DNA from: Phoronis australis
Taxonomy: Eukaryota > Animalia > Phoronida
Reading direction: 5' to 3'
NCBI GenBank assembly: GCA_002633005.1
Contig: NMRA01000277.1
Coordinates: 1 to 64,000 of the forward strand
Length of the DNA stretch: 64,000 nt
Below the pieces are notes generated by a model that ran no database searches, was not told where the DNA came from, and saw only the letters and a list, made by a program, of their open reading frames with translations. Below, in pieces: positions 62,858-64,000 of the stretch; position 1 is the stretch's first letter; the number at the start of each line of letters is the position of its first letter. Made by a program: the position numbers and the translations under genes.

Positions 62858-63229
62858 TTTCAGCTTACAACACACTAAACAATCCCTAAATCCAACGTAG
62901 TTGAGTTCTCTACTAACCTATCTTGCCGCAGAATACTCGCCGATGGAAATTGGTGGCGACAATTGTTGAAAAACAGCACAAAACAAAAGTAGAATAGAAC
63001 AGATTCGCACGGTAAAGTCAACGCAAAACCAAGAAGCGGGAAACGCTTGCCTCCTAAAACGTCACTTCCGGAGCAGCGGACGAGTAATTTATAAAATTAC
63101 GAAAAGCTGTAATTAAGTGGAAAATATGTCTAGGATAACTAACCAACCTTATTTTCGCTCAAAATGACATGGGAAAAGGTTGCCTTCGCCTTTAATCGCA
63201 TCCAGTGAAATGCAGCTTGGTGATCATAA

Positions 63230-63690
63230 TCTTGAAAATGGCGCTCTTTTGTCTTATACGACACAGTTTGAACTTAAATAGCTTGGCAACACTCTAATTC
63301 TTCATATTTCAGAGAAAACACGATGGCCATCAAAACAAAACGTTACATTGCTAATTCTTTTCTTTTATGTTTTTTATTTTTGTGTAGAAGCTAAAACGCA
63401 AAAATCTGAGGTGCTCAAAATCCAGAAAACTGAAATGTTTACTTACGCCGACGTAAGAAAATTAGTACACCAGAAAACATAATTAAGGCCCTTAAACAAA
63501 CAACTAACATCGTGCAACGAAATAAATTAATCCGTTTTCAAACAGATTTCAATGAGTAATTTAATTAGAAGTGGCTTTCAGTAACCGATATAAACTTCAA
63601 TTTTTCCAGAGAAATCCTTTTTAGTGCCTGTAACGGAAAACTAATTCGGTGATTTATAGTAAATCAAAATACGAAAAATGAAAATTTCCA
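63230..63690 (+). repeat. Old interspersed repeat, copy B
   Basis: Diverged match to 54190-54660. Confidence 0.6.
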
Positions 63691-64000
63691 GTCACTTCGG
63701 CTTTTACCAGACAAATGAAATGCATTAGTGTTGTCCGGTTCAACCCTGCCGTGCACAAGGAAAATACAGCCGAAGTACTACCCACCATGAGTGTACAAGA
63801 TACCCTACTCATTCTTCTAAGAACACACGGATTGCTTAGCCTGATTTACCTAAATCATGCTAAGGCGTGAAGTGAGAAAATCTGTCTACATCTCGAAGTC
63901 AAAATACAGAAATGCCCATAAAACTTTTGGTTATTCGTAGTCATATTTCCGACTTTTGGATAAAGTCAAAAGACAAAAACCAACACAGAAGACATAACGT

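Larger units (their letters stand above)
61528..63191 (+). mobile_element. Kolobok-type DNA transposon, internally deleted (1664 bp), both TIRs intact
   Basis: ttaa|aggcgaaggcaacc ... ggttgccttcgcct|ttaa; about 155-bp TIRs; convergent THAP-transposase and KolX-like ORFs; no DDE core. Confidence 0.9.

Overview
Eukaryotic genomic DNA from an invertebrate animal, probably a lophotrochozoan (inferred from AT-rich introns, GT-AG splicing and repeat types). It has two N gaps (3719-3782, 30553-31072). Three protein-coding genes are well supported: a 9-exon cytosolic aspartate aminotransferase (GOT1, +, 4215-17391, 412 aa, ending in a PTS1-like -PKL), an 8-exon N-acetylglucosamine-kinase-like gene (NAGK-like, +, 20958-42930, 370 aa) with a diverged sugar-binding motif, and a convergent invertebrate-type D1-like dopamine receptor with an intronless CDS (Dop1R2/INDR type, -, 43724-45376). 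Introns and intergenic DNA are dense with non-autonomous DNA transposons. The standout is three copies of one Kolobok-type family (TTAA TSD, about 155-bp TIRs carrying an ETS-CRE motif). They encode a THAP/C2CH transposase N-terminus and a convergent Cys-rich KolX-type protein resembling the P2X7 ballast domain. Each copy is rearranged differently, and one is a two-headed fold-back. Also present: CA..TG MITEs with 5-bp and 6-bp TSDs, PIF/Harbinger MITEs, a Tc1/mariner-type MITE, a 9-bp-TSD element nested in a minisatellite, and several tandem or palindromic repeats.
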